Source of the DNA: an uncultured Acidobacteriota bacterium
GTDB taxonomy: Bacteria > Acidobacteriota > Thermoanaerobaculia > Multivoradales > JAHEKO01
Length of the DNA stretch: 64,000 nt
Assembly (NCBI GenBank): GCA_963713825.1
Contig: CAVQNG010000003.1
Coordinates: forward strand, 1,664,001-1,728,000
Direction: 5' to 3'
A model generated the notes under the pieces. The model was not told the DNA's origin. It ran no database searches and saw only the letters and a list, made by a program, of their open reading frames with translations. A program made the translations under genes and the position numbers. Of this stretch, positions 28,045 to 37,392 are shown piece by piece. Each line of letters begins with the position of its first letter. Within the stretch, counting starts at the first letter, position 1.

Positions 28045-28875
28045 CTAGTTGGCCCCGGATTTGAGGTCCATCTGGAGTACCGTCGGCACCGGTCGCCCGT
28101 CAAGGGTTGCCGGCTTGAACCTCCAACTGGCAAGGGCTTCCAAGGTGCGGTACACCATGGTGATGTCACCAGCCGCGCCCAGCACTTTCGGTCGATAGAG
28201 TCGACCATCTAGAGCAACTGTGCACTCGACGATGACCCGAGAATCGTTTTGACTCAGTCTGGCGGAGGGTAGGTTGGGCCTAGGGTTATGGACCCTCTTC
28301 GGAGGCACATATTTCTCGTCGGAGTGGTCCATTGCGAAGATTTCGGCAGGAGACAGAACCTCCCCTTGGTCTTCGACGATAGTGATGGGATCGGGCAGAG
28401 GATAGGCGAGCGCGAGACTGTCCCTGCGCAACGCCGCTGCGACAGATGATCCGTATCGGTCAAGGTCCAAATTCGCGACCTCCGGGAAGAGCTGCTGAGA
28501 AACCTCCCACATGAACAGCGCTTCATGCTCGTTGCCGAGGCCTGCGCGAGCAATAGCATCAAAGGAGGCCAACATGCCAATCAGGCCTTCACCTTGGCCG
28601 ACAACGGTTGTGAACAGCTTCCTTTGGAGACGTCGAACCCTCTTGTCTGCCTTCTTCCAATCATGAGCGAGAAGAAGTTCATCGATCTCTTGAATCTCGT
28701 CCTTGACAGCGTCGATTCCGGCGCCGGCAAGAGTACTGTTCGCCAGCAGCAGGGGAATGAGAGCGCAAGCTAGAAGGACCCACTGGCAGCGCCTCGCGTC
28801 TCGGAGAGATCTCGCAGACATCGGCAAGAGAGCCACGATCGTCACGCTAACAACAGCGCAGTGGTGACACACCAC
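28045..28875 (-). CDS. Exported protein with a TonB C-terminal-like domain (start uncertain, possibly 28821)
   Basis: C-terminal VIVECTVALDGR...ALEALASWRFKPATLDGRPV. Confidence 0.7.
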   Translation of the reverse strand: MVCHHCAVVSVTIVALLPMSARSLRDARRCQWVLLACALIPLLLANSTLAGAGIDAVKDEIQEIDELLLAHDWKKADKRVRRLQRKLFTTVVGQGEGLIGMLASFDAIARAGLGNEHEALFMWEVSQQLFPEVANLDLDRYGSSVAAALRRDSLALAYPLPDPITIVEDQGEVLSPAEIFAMDHSDEKYVPPKRVHNPRPNLPSARLSQNDSRVIVECTVALDGRLYRPKVLGAAGDITMVYRTLEALASWRFKPATLDGRPVPTVLQMDLKSGAN

Positions 28876-28970
28876 CCCTTCGGGTGGTGACGGTTCAGGG
28901 GCGACCCACCGGGCTGTCGTTTCCTCCTGGCCTATACTCGGGCCAGGTTCTCGATTGGGAGGTGGCGGAA

Positions 28971-29456
28971 TTGCGTTGGAAACGGCTCGTTCTTGTTGTT
29001 GCCCTAGGTCTGCTGGCGGCGGCCTGTTTCTACGCCGGCTGGCTGACTGGCAGTCTGCGGAAGTTCGGCTGGATGCTCGAGGTTCAAGAAGCCGAGGTCA
29101 CAGGCTCCCTCGATCATGAGGTGACTGCGCTGGCCTTTATCCGAGCCGGTGAGTCGGGCAAGGCCATTCATCTCTTGGAGACAAGGGTTGGCACGGCAGC
29201 GACCACCCTGCCACAGGGCCGCGAGTGGGTGGAACTAGGGGAGAGCCAGCGGCAGAGCCTGCTTCTGGCCAAGAAGTACTTTGCGAGGTTCCCGCCTCAG
29301 CCACAGTCCCAGTCCGGAGAGTCACTCGAACACCTTCACGAAGCGCTGCAGTGGATTCCCGACGAACCGCTCGACCCGGGGTCATGCAACCCGGCAGTCC
29401 GCCTCTTCCTGGAAGGCAATCTCGCAGGCGGCGGCTCACCGAGTCGAGCAGAGTAA
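28971..29456 (+). CDS. Hypothetical membrane-anchored protein
   Basis: GGAGG before the TTG at 28971, TATACT upstream, N-terminal hydrophobic helix. Confidence 0.6.
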   Translation: MRWKRLVLVVALGLLAAACFYAGWLTGSLRKFGWMLEVQEAEVTGSLDHEVTALAFIRAGESGKAIHLLETRVGTAATTLPQGREWVELGESQRQSLLLAKKYFARFPPQPQSQSGESLEHLHEALQWIPDEPLDPGSCNPAVRLFLEGNLAGGGSPSRAE

Positions 29457-29477
29457 GCCGCCACATGCGTAGATCTG

Positions 29478-30110
29478 CTACTTGTTGAACTTCTGAAGCC
29501 GTCGCGCGGCTTCCTCTTTGTCGTAAGCGTAGAAGTAGGTCATCCCGTCCACGAAGATCTCATGCGAGCCGTTGGCGGTGCTGAACTTGGCCTGGACCGT
29601 TTCCATGCCCTTGCGCTCGACGCCGACCCTCTGGGGGTGCCAGCGAAGCTTCATCTCCATGTCGGGGAACTCGAGAATGGTGATCTTGTTGCCGTTGGTC
29701 AGGGTTTGCTCGATGAGCTCACATCGAAATCGGTGCATCTTCCCGTCCCCGGTTCCGGTCCAGCCACAGAGGGTGTCGAACCTGTCTTCCGTTGCGACAC
29801 CGATTGGCTCTCCGCCATTGTCTTCCCCACAGTCGGCATCAGGTGCGTACTCGATGGAGGCGTATAGGCCATTCGTGGTGCGCACCTTGACACAATGGCC
29901 CGACCGGTTGTCCTTCCAGAACGAGTAGGAGCTGAAATCGTCCTTCTCCGTCCGTACGTGGGTGTAGCCGCGCTGCTGCATCTGGTATTCCCCGTCTCTA
30001 CCGCGGGCTCCCTTGAGATCCTGCAGATGGGAAACCGGATCCTGGGCATAGAGACTGGTAGCCGCCGCGAGGGCGATTATCCAAAGGGCAGTAGTCCTGA
30101 TCGAAGTCAT
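29478..30110 (-). CDS. Hypothetical secreted protein with paired cysteines
   Basis: Signal peptide MTSIRTTALWIIALAAATSLYA; GAGGAG upstream; four Cys. Confidence 0.75.
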   Translation of the reverse strand: MTSIRTTALWIIALAAATSLYAQDPVSHLQDLKGARGRDGEYQMQQRGYTHVRTEKDDFSSYSFWKDNRSGHCVKVRTTNGLYASIEYAPDADCGEDNGGEPIGVATEDRFDTLCGWTGTGDGKMHRFRCELIEQTLTNGNKITILEFPDMEMKLRWHPQRVGVERKGMETVQAKFSTANGSHEIFVDGMTYFYAYDKEEAARRLQKFNK

Positions 30111-30170
30111 TCTGTTCTCTCCTCGTTCGATTTGGTGGCGAATCGTAGCACATCAACCCAGGGCCCACGT

Positions 30171-30263
30171 CCCAAGCCCTCAAAGGCCAGCCGGAGGCAC
30201 GACGGCTGGTTCAACCCCAAGCCTCCACGAATCGGTCGGAAGGTACGCCCGACCGCCTCAACC
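30171..30263 (+). repeat. REP-like hairpin pair, family 3
   Basis: Two tandem units with stems CCAGCCG/CGGCTGG and CGGTCGG/CCGACCG. Confidence 0.75.
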
Positions 30264-32141
30264 TCATTCCAGTGGATTCTGCTGGTACATCTCGATGTCG
30301 GCCTCGGTGTAGCCCAACTCTTGCCAGTCGAGCACGCCTTCGGGGCTGTGACAGTCGACGCAGGTGAGTGAGCCTTCGCGGCGGATCGCATGGCTGATCT
30401 CCATGGATGCGTCCATGGGAATCCAGCGAGCCTCGACGTTCTTCATGGCTTTGACGTCCTCGTAGGAACCGGCATCCCAGCCTTCGGCGCCCATGAAGGA
30501 CATGAACTCGTCCATCAGATAGAACTTGAACAGCTTGCCGTACATCATCGCCATCATGCTCTTTTCCATCTCCTTCGCCGCCGCCTGTTCGGGGTCGCCG
30601 GTGGTGTAGTAGGTCGGCAAGTTGTAGGGCACGTACATGCCACCGAAGGGAGAGATGTTGGCCAGGTCGATGTGCTGTTTGCCGTTGAAACGCTTCATGG
30701 CGTAGAGCTTCGAGGGCTTCTGCTTGGCGATCGGTCGCATGACGCTCTCGTACCAACCTTCGTAGTCGAAGTCCTGATACTCGGGCCAGACATGCTCGGG
30801 TTTGTAGAAGCTGTAGAGGTCTTTACCGTTGGGATGGTCGCCGATCGGATTGCCGAGAAACGTTCCGTCGCCATTCCACCACTTGAACACGATGCCGCGC
30901 TTGGCGTCGACTTCCTTCTCCAGATCCTCGTAGACGTAGATTCCGGGGTGCTCCTCGAACAGGGGGCTGTCGAAGTCGCGCATGGTGGCATTGTCGGCCT
31001 GCAACGTGGGGATATGGCAGGTGACACAAGCGATCCGCCGGGTATGAGTATTGTAGAAGTCGGCAAGCTCTGGGTCGTCCCGGTGGGGCTCGGCCGAATG
31101 GCACTTCTCACACCGCACTTCGACGTCGGGCAGATCGTTCGCCATCATCGTCGTCGTGTGCGTGCCTTTGGCGATGAGATGCCCCTGGGTGGTATGACAC
31201 TCGATGCAGGCCATGTTCTGCGCCGCGTGCACGTCCCAGGTGGGGGAGTAGGGTGTGCCCCGCTTCGAGCCTGGATGGGCGATTCTCGGCTGGGTGTCGC
31301 CCAGATTCCACTGACTCTGCATGAAGAGCGAGTCCAGTTCGTCGATGTAGATGTCGCCACCGAAATTGTGCTGATGGCAGCGCAGGCAGGTCTTGGCTGT
31401 CGGAGTGACGATCGACAGCGCTGCCCGCATGGAGCGGTCCTGGTCCCACCGGCCCCGCCCGTCCGCACCCACCACGACCTGTTTCTTGTTCATGTCGTAG
31501 GCGGCAGCGTGACAGATCAGGCAGTCGATGGCCGCTTTTTCGGCTTGGGTTGTCCGATAGGCCGGCATGATCTCGCCCAACGGCGCCTGATACTGACCAC
31601 CGATGTGGCACTGGCCGCAACCCTCTGAGAGAGTCGTACCGTCTTCCAGTTCCACGACCTCGGCCCAGGCGGTGAACGCGAAGGAGCCCGGCTTGGGACA
31701 GGGCCGATCGATCTTGCCCATCGGAAAGTTGTCGGCCAGCTCGCCGTTGAAGCCGTAGACGTTCGGGTGACGCGTCGTGAAGAACCGGTAGTGCGAGGAC
31801 TCCAGCAGGTTCTGCATCAGGTCGACGTTCTTGATCTCTCCCGTTTCGGCGTCCTCGATCTGCGCATACTCGTGGCACTGGAGACAAGTTTTCGGCCCTT
31901 CGTAAGCCCGGATACCTGCTTTGCGAAATCGATCGACGTGATCGAACCTCTCAGGGAAGCTGCCGGTCAGGAACTGGGCGATCTCTTCGAACTCCTCTTC
32001 ACTGACCGGCTCGACGGGGAAATCGATGGGCGCCGGCCGGCTGTCGGCCGGCAGCATCCAGTTGATGATGGACGGCCAGGCTACATAACCGATCAGGACG
32101 GCGAGGAATAGAAGGAGTCCTGCAATCAGTAGGGTCTTCAT
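30264..32141 (-). CDS. Membrane-anchored octaheme cytochrome c (octaheme tetrathionate reductase-like)
   Basis: Eight CxxCH motifs (CLQCH, CGQCH, CLICH, CLRCH, CIECH, CEKCH, CVTCH, CVDCH); N-terminal TM segment. Confidence 0.85.
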   Translation of the reverse strand: MKTLLIAGLLLFLAVLIGYVAWPSIINWMLPADSRPAPIDFPVEPVSEEEFEEIAQFLTGSFPERFDHVDRFRKAGIRAYEGPKTCLQCHEYAQIEDAETGEIKNVDLMQNLLESSHYRFFTTRHPNVYGFNGELADNFPMGKIDRPCPKPGSFAFTAWAEVVELEDGTTLSEGCGQCHIGGQYQAPLGEIMPAYRTTQAEKAAIDCLICHAAAYDMNKKQVVVGADGRGRWDQDRSMRAALSIVTPTAKTCLRCHQHNFGGDIYIDELDSLFMQSQWNLGDTQPRIAHPGSKRGTPYSPTWDVHAAQNMACIECHTTQGHLIAKGTHTTTMMANDLPDVEVRCEKCHSAEPHRDDPELADFYNTHTRRIACVTCHIPTLQADNATMRDFDSPLFEEHPGIYVYEDLEKEVDAKRGIVFKWWNGDGTFLGNPIGDHPNGKDLYSFYKPEHVWPEYQDFDYEGWYESVMRPIAKQKPSKLYAMKRFNGKQHIDLANISPFGGMYVPYNLPTYYTTGDPEQAAAKEMEKSMMAMMYGKLFKFYLMDEFMSFMGAEGWDAGSYEDVKAMKNVEARWIPMDASMEISHAIRREGSLTCVDCHSPEGVLDWQELGYTEADIEMYQQNPLE

Positions 32142-32204
32142 CCGTGAGTCTTCTCGTCTTTCTGCGCGGGTGATTCGAGCGATCCAACACTCTGAGCGCG
32201 CAGT

Positions 32205-34385
32205 TTACTCGACGATCAGGCTCCAGGCCGAGGTGTCGCCGGTTTCGAAAGCATCCTCGAAGAGCTCTGGCGGTCGAACGCTGATGCGGACAGTGGCCTC
32301 GTTGCTCTCGGACAGCTGATCCTGGGCCCGGTAGGTGAAGGTGTCGTCGCCTTCGAAGCCGGGGAGCGGCGTGTAGATCAGGGCGTAGTCGCCGTCATCA
32401 CTGGAGAGGCTGCCGGACACAGGTGGATCGACCACTGAGTAGGTGAGGGGGTCCTCTTCGAAGTCGGTAGCCACCAAGTGAATGAGCACCGGGGTGTTCA
32501 CAGTCGCAACCATCGATTTGTCGAAGGCTTCAGGGGGTTGATTGCCTACCCGAATTGTCGCGGTGGCAGTATTCGAAGTGGCGATTGCGTCGCCGACGGT
32601 CCAGCGGAACTCGTCCGGGCCGTTGTAATCGGTATCCGGGGTGTAGGTGACGACACCCAGGGAGTCGATCTCCGACAGGCCTCCGAAGGCCGGCTGCTGT
32701 GCAACCGTGAAGCCGTAGGGGCCCGGTCCGTCGGGATCGTCGAAGGACAGCGCGAAAGGCAGCGCAGTGTCGGCGTCCGTCTCCAGGCCCTGGTCGAGCG
32801 CCACCGGTGCCACATTCGGGCCAGTGCCATCCTTCACGAGAAGAAGCGTCCAATCGAGAGTGTCGGGAGCGGTGAAGGAAAGGATGGCACCTCCGGTCAC
32901 GGGGCCGATCTCTGTCGAGTCACCGGTTCGTGGATTGAACCAGGTAGCTTCGAAGACGTTCGTGTTGGAGCTCAGATCGAGGTCGATCGAGCCGCCGCTC
33001 GGCAGATAGCAAACATAGAAGTGGCCCGCCTTCGAAAGGACGTACCCGGTACCGCTGGTCAGGAGCTGATTCGAAGGGACCATCTGCCAGAAGGGCAGGG
33101 CCTCCAGGAAGGTGCGGGCCCTCACCAGGTCGCGGAAGTAGGCCTGCCAATCGCGGTAGTCGGCCAGGGGGCGGGTGTGGATTTCGTAGATTCCTCCGCC
33201 CAGGAAGATCGACCATACGAGATGCCGATTCCCGTCCTGAGTACCGGTGAAGTCTCCGGTCTCATCGAAGGAAATGGGGATCGGTCTGCCCGCGGTCTCG
33301 CTCTTTTGGCGGGCCGCAATCGCCGCGGCGTTCTGAGGGTTGCCGGAAGTGTGGAAGCTGGTCAGGTCGAACCGATCATCACCGTAGAAGGGATCCCATC
33401 TGCTTGTCGATCCCTGGTGGTGAACCGTCAGGGGGTGGTCATAGGCGTCCAGGTCGCTGAGCAACTGGGCGAAGGCCTTCATCTGGTCCGCCGTGTAGTT
33501 CTCGTTGTACTCCTCCGAAAGGTTCCAGATCAGACCGTTGTAGTGGCCGAAACGCGCCACCATCTGTCGGTAGTAGAGATCCCGATTGAATCCGGTCCAA
33601 CCACTGTCGTTCTCCAGGACGAGGTGCAGGACGATTCCGTGTTGCTGCAGGTCGTCGAGAATCAGATCCCAGCCGTCGAGCTTGGCGATGTCGAAGTGTT
33701 CGGAGTCACGCTTTTCCACCCAGGGCCAGACGTTGTCGCGATCACCTCCGGTGTTGTCCGTCATGAAGTAGAGCGAGCTCAGGCGCTCGTTCGAAAGGTA
33801 CTGAATGGCCTCCGCCTTAGTGGGGAATCCCGCGTTCTCGCCAGGCGCCAGGAAGTCCTCGGGGTCGTCGACCCCTCCCTTGAGCCAGTAGGTTCCATCG
33901 GCGAACTGGAGATAGAAGTCCACAGCGTAGAGAAGGCGGCCCGTACAGAAGAAATCGGGCAACTCACCTGGCTCCCGAGGGTCGCAGGTGGCCGTATCTT
34001 CGACCTGAAAGGTGGCACTGTAGCCGTCGAGGATCGGATCTAGGCTACTGGTGGACATCGTCCAGTTGCCGACGGCGTTGGGTGAGAAGCGGGCCACCCA
34101 AACATCTCCGTCCATCCCGCCTGCGCCGTCGCCAGAGTAGAAGGCTGGCACGGCAAACGAGCCTCCGGGACCAGAAAACGTTGCCGTCACTTCGATCAGA
34201 AATGGATTGGAAGTGTCACTGAGCCCCACCGAGGTCGGGCCCTGAAGCTCGACCTCGAGCTTTTCCCACTTCTGGACGGTGCCCACGTCTCCCAGGTCGC
34301 TCCCGGCTTCGGCGGTCACCGCCATCAGCCCTAGCCCTGATGTGAGCGCGAGGAAGAGGTACCTCTGGAGGGACGGCAGCGGCAT
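32205..34385 (-). CDS. Secreted DUF5060/glycoside hydrolase-like protein with a putative collagen-binding domain and two Big_9 repeats
   Basis: Signal peptide; V-x-K-W-E-K-L-E-V N-terminus, WNLSEEY, ISFDE, ATWFNPRTG, YTP-x-x-x-F/Y-x-G-x-D. Confidence 0.78.
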   Translation of the reverse strand: MPLPSLQRYLFLALTSGLGLMAVTAEAGSDLGDVGTVQKWEKLEVELQGPTSVGLSDTSNPFLIEVTATFSGPGGSFAVPAFYSGDGAGGMDGDVWVARFSPNAVGNWTMSTSSLDPILDGYSATFQVEDTATCDPREPGELPDFFCTGRLLYAVDFYLQFADGTYWLKGGVDDPEDFLAPGENAGFPTKAEAIQYLSNERLSSLYFMTDNTGGDRDNVWPWVEKRDSEHFDIAKLDGWDLILDDLQQHGIVLHLVLENDSGWTGFNRDLYYRQMVARFGHYNGLIWNLSEEYNENYTADQMKAFAQLLSDLDAYDHPLTVHHQGSTSRWDPFYGDDRFDLTSFHTSGNPQNAAAIAARQKSETAGRPIPISFDETGDFTGTQDGNRHLVWSIFLGGGIYEIHTRPLADYRDWQAYFRDLVRARTFLEALPFWQMVPSNQLLTSGTGYVLSKAGHFYVCYLPSGGSIDLDLSSNTNVFEATWFNPRTGDSTEIGPVTGGAILSFTAPDTLDWTLLLVKDGTGPNVAPVALDQGLETDADTALPFALSFDDPDGPGPYGFTVAQQPAFGGLSEIDSLGVVTYTPDTDYNGPDEFRWTVGDAIATSNTATATIRVGNQPPEAFDKSMVATVNTPVLIHLVATDFEEDPLTYSVVDPPVSGSLSSDDGDYALIYTPLPGFEGDDTFTYRAQDQLSESNEATVRISVRPPELFEDAFETGDTSAWSLIVE

Positions 34386-34665
34386 GCGACCAGTCTATAG
34401 CGTCTCGCCGGTGGCTGGCAGAGTCCAACCCACGAGTCGAAAGGAGGTCTCCATCGGAGCTAGTGACGGATACGAAGACCACCCATTCGGGTAGGGCCCA
34501 CCTCACCCACGGAGTATTCGCGGGTCGGTGGCATGTGTGTTAGGAAGAAAGGTCGAAAGCCGACGAATCTCGGACGTCAAGAGATTCGCGAGGTTTCGAG
34601 ATTCACCCTCAGTCCAACATTCAACGCACGGATCCAAAGACACATCGACGGGGAGGTCGACAAGT

Positions 34666-36792
34666 ATGACCAAAGTACTCATGCCATTGTTGGCGATTGC
34701 GCTGCTGTCCGGGGCCTGCGCCAAGCAACCAACGGAGGAGACCGTGGCCACTGGAGAGAACCTACTTCTCTCGGAATTCGACACACCACTTGGGGCACCG
34801 CCGTTCGACTCGATCGAAGTAGCCCACTACCTTCCCGCCTTCGAGCAGGGAATGGAAGAGCATATGGCCGAGGTTCTTGCCATCGCCGAGAGCACAGAGC
34901 CGGCCACTTTCGAGAACACCGTCGAGGCCCTGGAGCGCTCGGGCGATACGTTGAGCCGGACAGTAGGAGTGTTCTACAACTTGAACGGCTCCAACACGAA
35001 TGACGAGATGCAGGCCATCGCCAAAGAGGTCGGCCCCCGGTTGGCCAAGCATCAGGACGACATCAACCTCAACGAGGCCCTCTTCGCGCGGGTCAAGGCA
35101 GTATACGAGCAGATGGACGAGCTGGAGCTCTCAACCGAACAGGCCAAGCTCCTGGATGAGACCTACAAGGGCTTCGTCCGTGGTGGCGCCAATCTCGAAG
35201 GCGAGAAGAAGGCCCGTTTCCGAGAGATCAACGAGGAGCTCTCGCTGCTGACGACCCAGTTCGGCGAGAACGTGCTCAAGGAGATGAACTCCATCGCCCT
35301 GCTCATCGAGGACGAGGCGGACCTGGCCGGCCTTCCACAGTCGGTGATCGACTCGGCAGCCGCGACAGCCGAGGCGCAGGGCGAGGCGGGTAAGTGGGCC
35401 TTCACGCTGCAACGCACGAGTTGGACGCCGTTTCTGGAGTCCTCCGAGCGCCGGGACCTGCGCGAGAAGCTGTACACGGCCTACCTGAATCTGGGCAACA
35501 ACGACAACGACAACGACAACAAAGTCATCGCCGCCAAGATAGCGGCCCTGAGGGCCGAGCGGGCCGAGATTCTGGGCTACGAGACGCACGCGGCCTTCGT
35601 GCTCGAGGAGAACATGGCCGAGAACGCGGACAATGTCTACGGCCTGCTCGATCGGCTTTGGGTGCCAGCTCTGGCCCGCGCCAAGACGGAGCTTGCAGAC
35701 CTGCAGGCCATGGCCGACAAGGAGGGTGGCGACTTCGAGATCGAGTCCTGGGACTGGTGGTACTACTCGGAGAAGGTGCGCGCAGACAAATATGCCTTCG
35801 ACTCGGAGCAGCTCAAGCCCTACTTCGAGCTGGACAACGTCCGCCAGGCTGCCTTCGACGTTGCCAACAAGCTCTTCGGAGTCACGTTCGAGCCGCGTCC
35901 CGACGTGCCGGTCTACCACCCGGATGTCCTGGCCTACGAGGTCAAAGACGCCGACGGCTCGACTCTCGCCCTCTACTACGTCGACTACTTTGCACGCGAA
36001 AGCAAGCGTGGTGGGGCGTGGATGAACACCTTCCGGGAGCAATGGAAGGTAGACGGCGAGGATGTCCGGCCGATCATCGTCAATGTCTGCAACTTCTCCA
36101 AGCCGTCCGAAGGCCAACCGGCGCTTCTCAGCATCGACGAGGCCAAGACGCTGTTCCATGAGTTCGGGCATGCCTTCCACGGCATGGTCGCGAACGGCAC
36201 CTACGCCAGCTTGTCGGGTACCAACGTGCCCCGGGATTTCGTGGAGCTGGGCTCACAGATGATGGAGAACTGGGCGCTGGCGCCAGAGGTACTACCGACC
36301 TACGCACTGCACTACGAGACGGGTGAGCCCATTCCTGCCGAGCTGATCGAGAAGCTCCAAACATCCGGCCAATTCAACCAGGGCTTCACTACCAGCGAGT
36401 ACGTCGCGGCCTCGCTGTTGGACATGGACTGGCACACCCTCACGGAGCCGGTCGAGAAGGACGCGATGGAGTTCGAGGCGGCGGTCGCTGAGCGGCTCGG
36501 GATGATCCCCGAGGTCGTCTTCCGATATCGCACGCCGTACTTCAGCCACATCTTCGCTGGAGGGTATGCGGCTGGATACTACGGCTATGTCTGGGCCGAG
36601 GTCCTGGATGCCGACGCCTTCGAGCTCTTCAAGGAAAAGGGGCTCTTCAACCAGGAAGTGGCTCAGTCCTATCGCGAGAACATCCTGGAGCCGGGTGGGT
36701 CCGAGAACCCGATGGAGATGTACGTCCGCTTCCGCGGTGCCGAACCCTCGGTCGAGCCGCTGATCGAGCGGCGAGGATTGGGTGGGGAGTAG
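34666..36792 (+). CDS. dcp: M3-family metallopeptidase (peptidyl-dipeptidase Dcp-like), lipoprotein
   Basis: Lipobox SGAC; KRGGAWM, HEFGH, DFVE, YFSHIF, GYAAGYY; GGAGG RBS. Confidence 0.9.
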   Translation: MTKVLMPLLAIALLSGACAKQPTEETVATGENLLLSEFDTPLGAPPFDSIEVAHYLPAFEQGMEEHMAEVLAIAESTEPATFENTVEALERSGDTLSRTVGVFYNLNGSNTNDEMQAIAKEVGPRLAKHQDDINLNEALFARVKAVYEQMDELELSTEQAKLLDETYKGFVRGGANLEGEKKARFREINEELSLLTTQFGENVLKEMNSIALLIEDEADLAGLPQSVIDSAAATAEAQGEAGKWAFTLQRTSWTPFLESSERRDLREKLYTAYLNLGNNDNDNDNKVIAAKIAALRAERAEILGYETHAAFVLEENMAENADNVYGLLDRLWVPALARAKTELADLQAMADKEGGDFEIESWDWWYYSEKVRADKYAFDSEQLKPYFELDNVRQAAFDVANKLFGVTFEPRPDVPVYHPDVLAYEVKDADGSTLALYYVDYFARESKRGGAWMNTFREQWKVDGEDVRPIIVNVCNFSKPSEGQPALLSIDEAKTLFHEFGHAFHGMVANGTYASLSGTNVPRDFVELGSQMMENWALAPEVLPTYALHYETGEPIPAELIEKLQTSGQFNQGFTTSEYVAASLLDMDWHTLTEPVEKDAMEFEAAVAERLGMIPEVVFRYRTPYFSHIFAGGYAAGYYGYVWAEVLDADAFELFKEKGLFNQEVAQSYRENILEPGGSENPMEMYVRFRGAEPSVEPLIERRGLGGE

Positions 36793-36979
36793 AGGCTCGA
36801 AGTCCTGGGGCTTGGCTCCTGGGTCCTGAGTTTGTGATACGGCCGGCCCTCGGGCCGGTCGTGTCCTTCTGGCAAGTGTCGTGACCGCTTTCGAGTGGAG
36901 GTCCGTCCGGGTGGCCCGTGACAACGTCCTGGGACTTGGGGCCTGGGTCCTGGGCCCAACTCAGATGATTTTAGGTCTC

Positions 36980-37065
36980 TGCAGGGTCCGACGTGGGGCC
37001 CCCAGGGGGCTATCCTCCCTTCCACAGTAACCAACCCCCTGGAGGTCTCCACGCCGAACCCTGCA
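36980..37065. repeat. About 80-bp hairpin repeat, family 2
   Basis: GGGTCCGACGTGGGGCCCCCAGGGGG-CTATCCTCCCTTCC...CCCCCTGGAGGTCTCCACGCCGAACCC; also at 54981 and 61601. Confidence 0.88.
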
Positions 37066-37135
37066 CGACTGTCCGAACATCGGGCCAACGCTAGGCCCTT
37101 GCGCCCCTGGGTCCTGCTGCCCACTCCGGTGCTAA

Positions 37136-37299
37136 GAGGTCCGTCTGGGTGGTTCGACAGGGGGCGCCGAGTCGAGCGCAGCGCAAGGACCTTGATAGTG
37201 GCTCGGAAGTTGGGGCGCGATGACGAGACGAGGTGGCGGCCCCCCGTTGCAGTCTGAGTAGCCGACGCCGTCCGCCTGCGGACCACCCAGGCGGGCCCC
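37136..37299 (-). repeat. Palindromic element, family 1, copy B
   Basis: Reverse complement of copy A with compensatory stem changes. Confidence 0.9.
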
Positions 37300-37333
37300 C
37301 ACGAGCAGAGGGTCATCTGTTCAGGACCCAGGA

Positions 37334-37385
37334 CCCAAGCCCTCAAAGACTGGCCGGGAGGTACGCCCGGACACTTCAATCCCAA
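37334..37385 (+). repeat. REP-like hairpin, family 3 (single unit)
   Basis: CCCAAGCCCTCAAAG...CCGGGAGGTACGCCCGG...TTCAATCC. Confidence 0.7.
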
Positions 37386-37392
37386 CCCGGCG

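Noticed and set aside
27598-28208. Similar short ORFs at several loci (e.g. LLRLQWGAATSS, QGAPSRAQR)
   Set aside because: They are translations of the family-1 repeat; reading frames and ends are not conserved among copies
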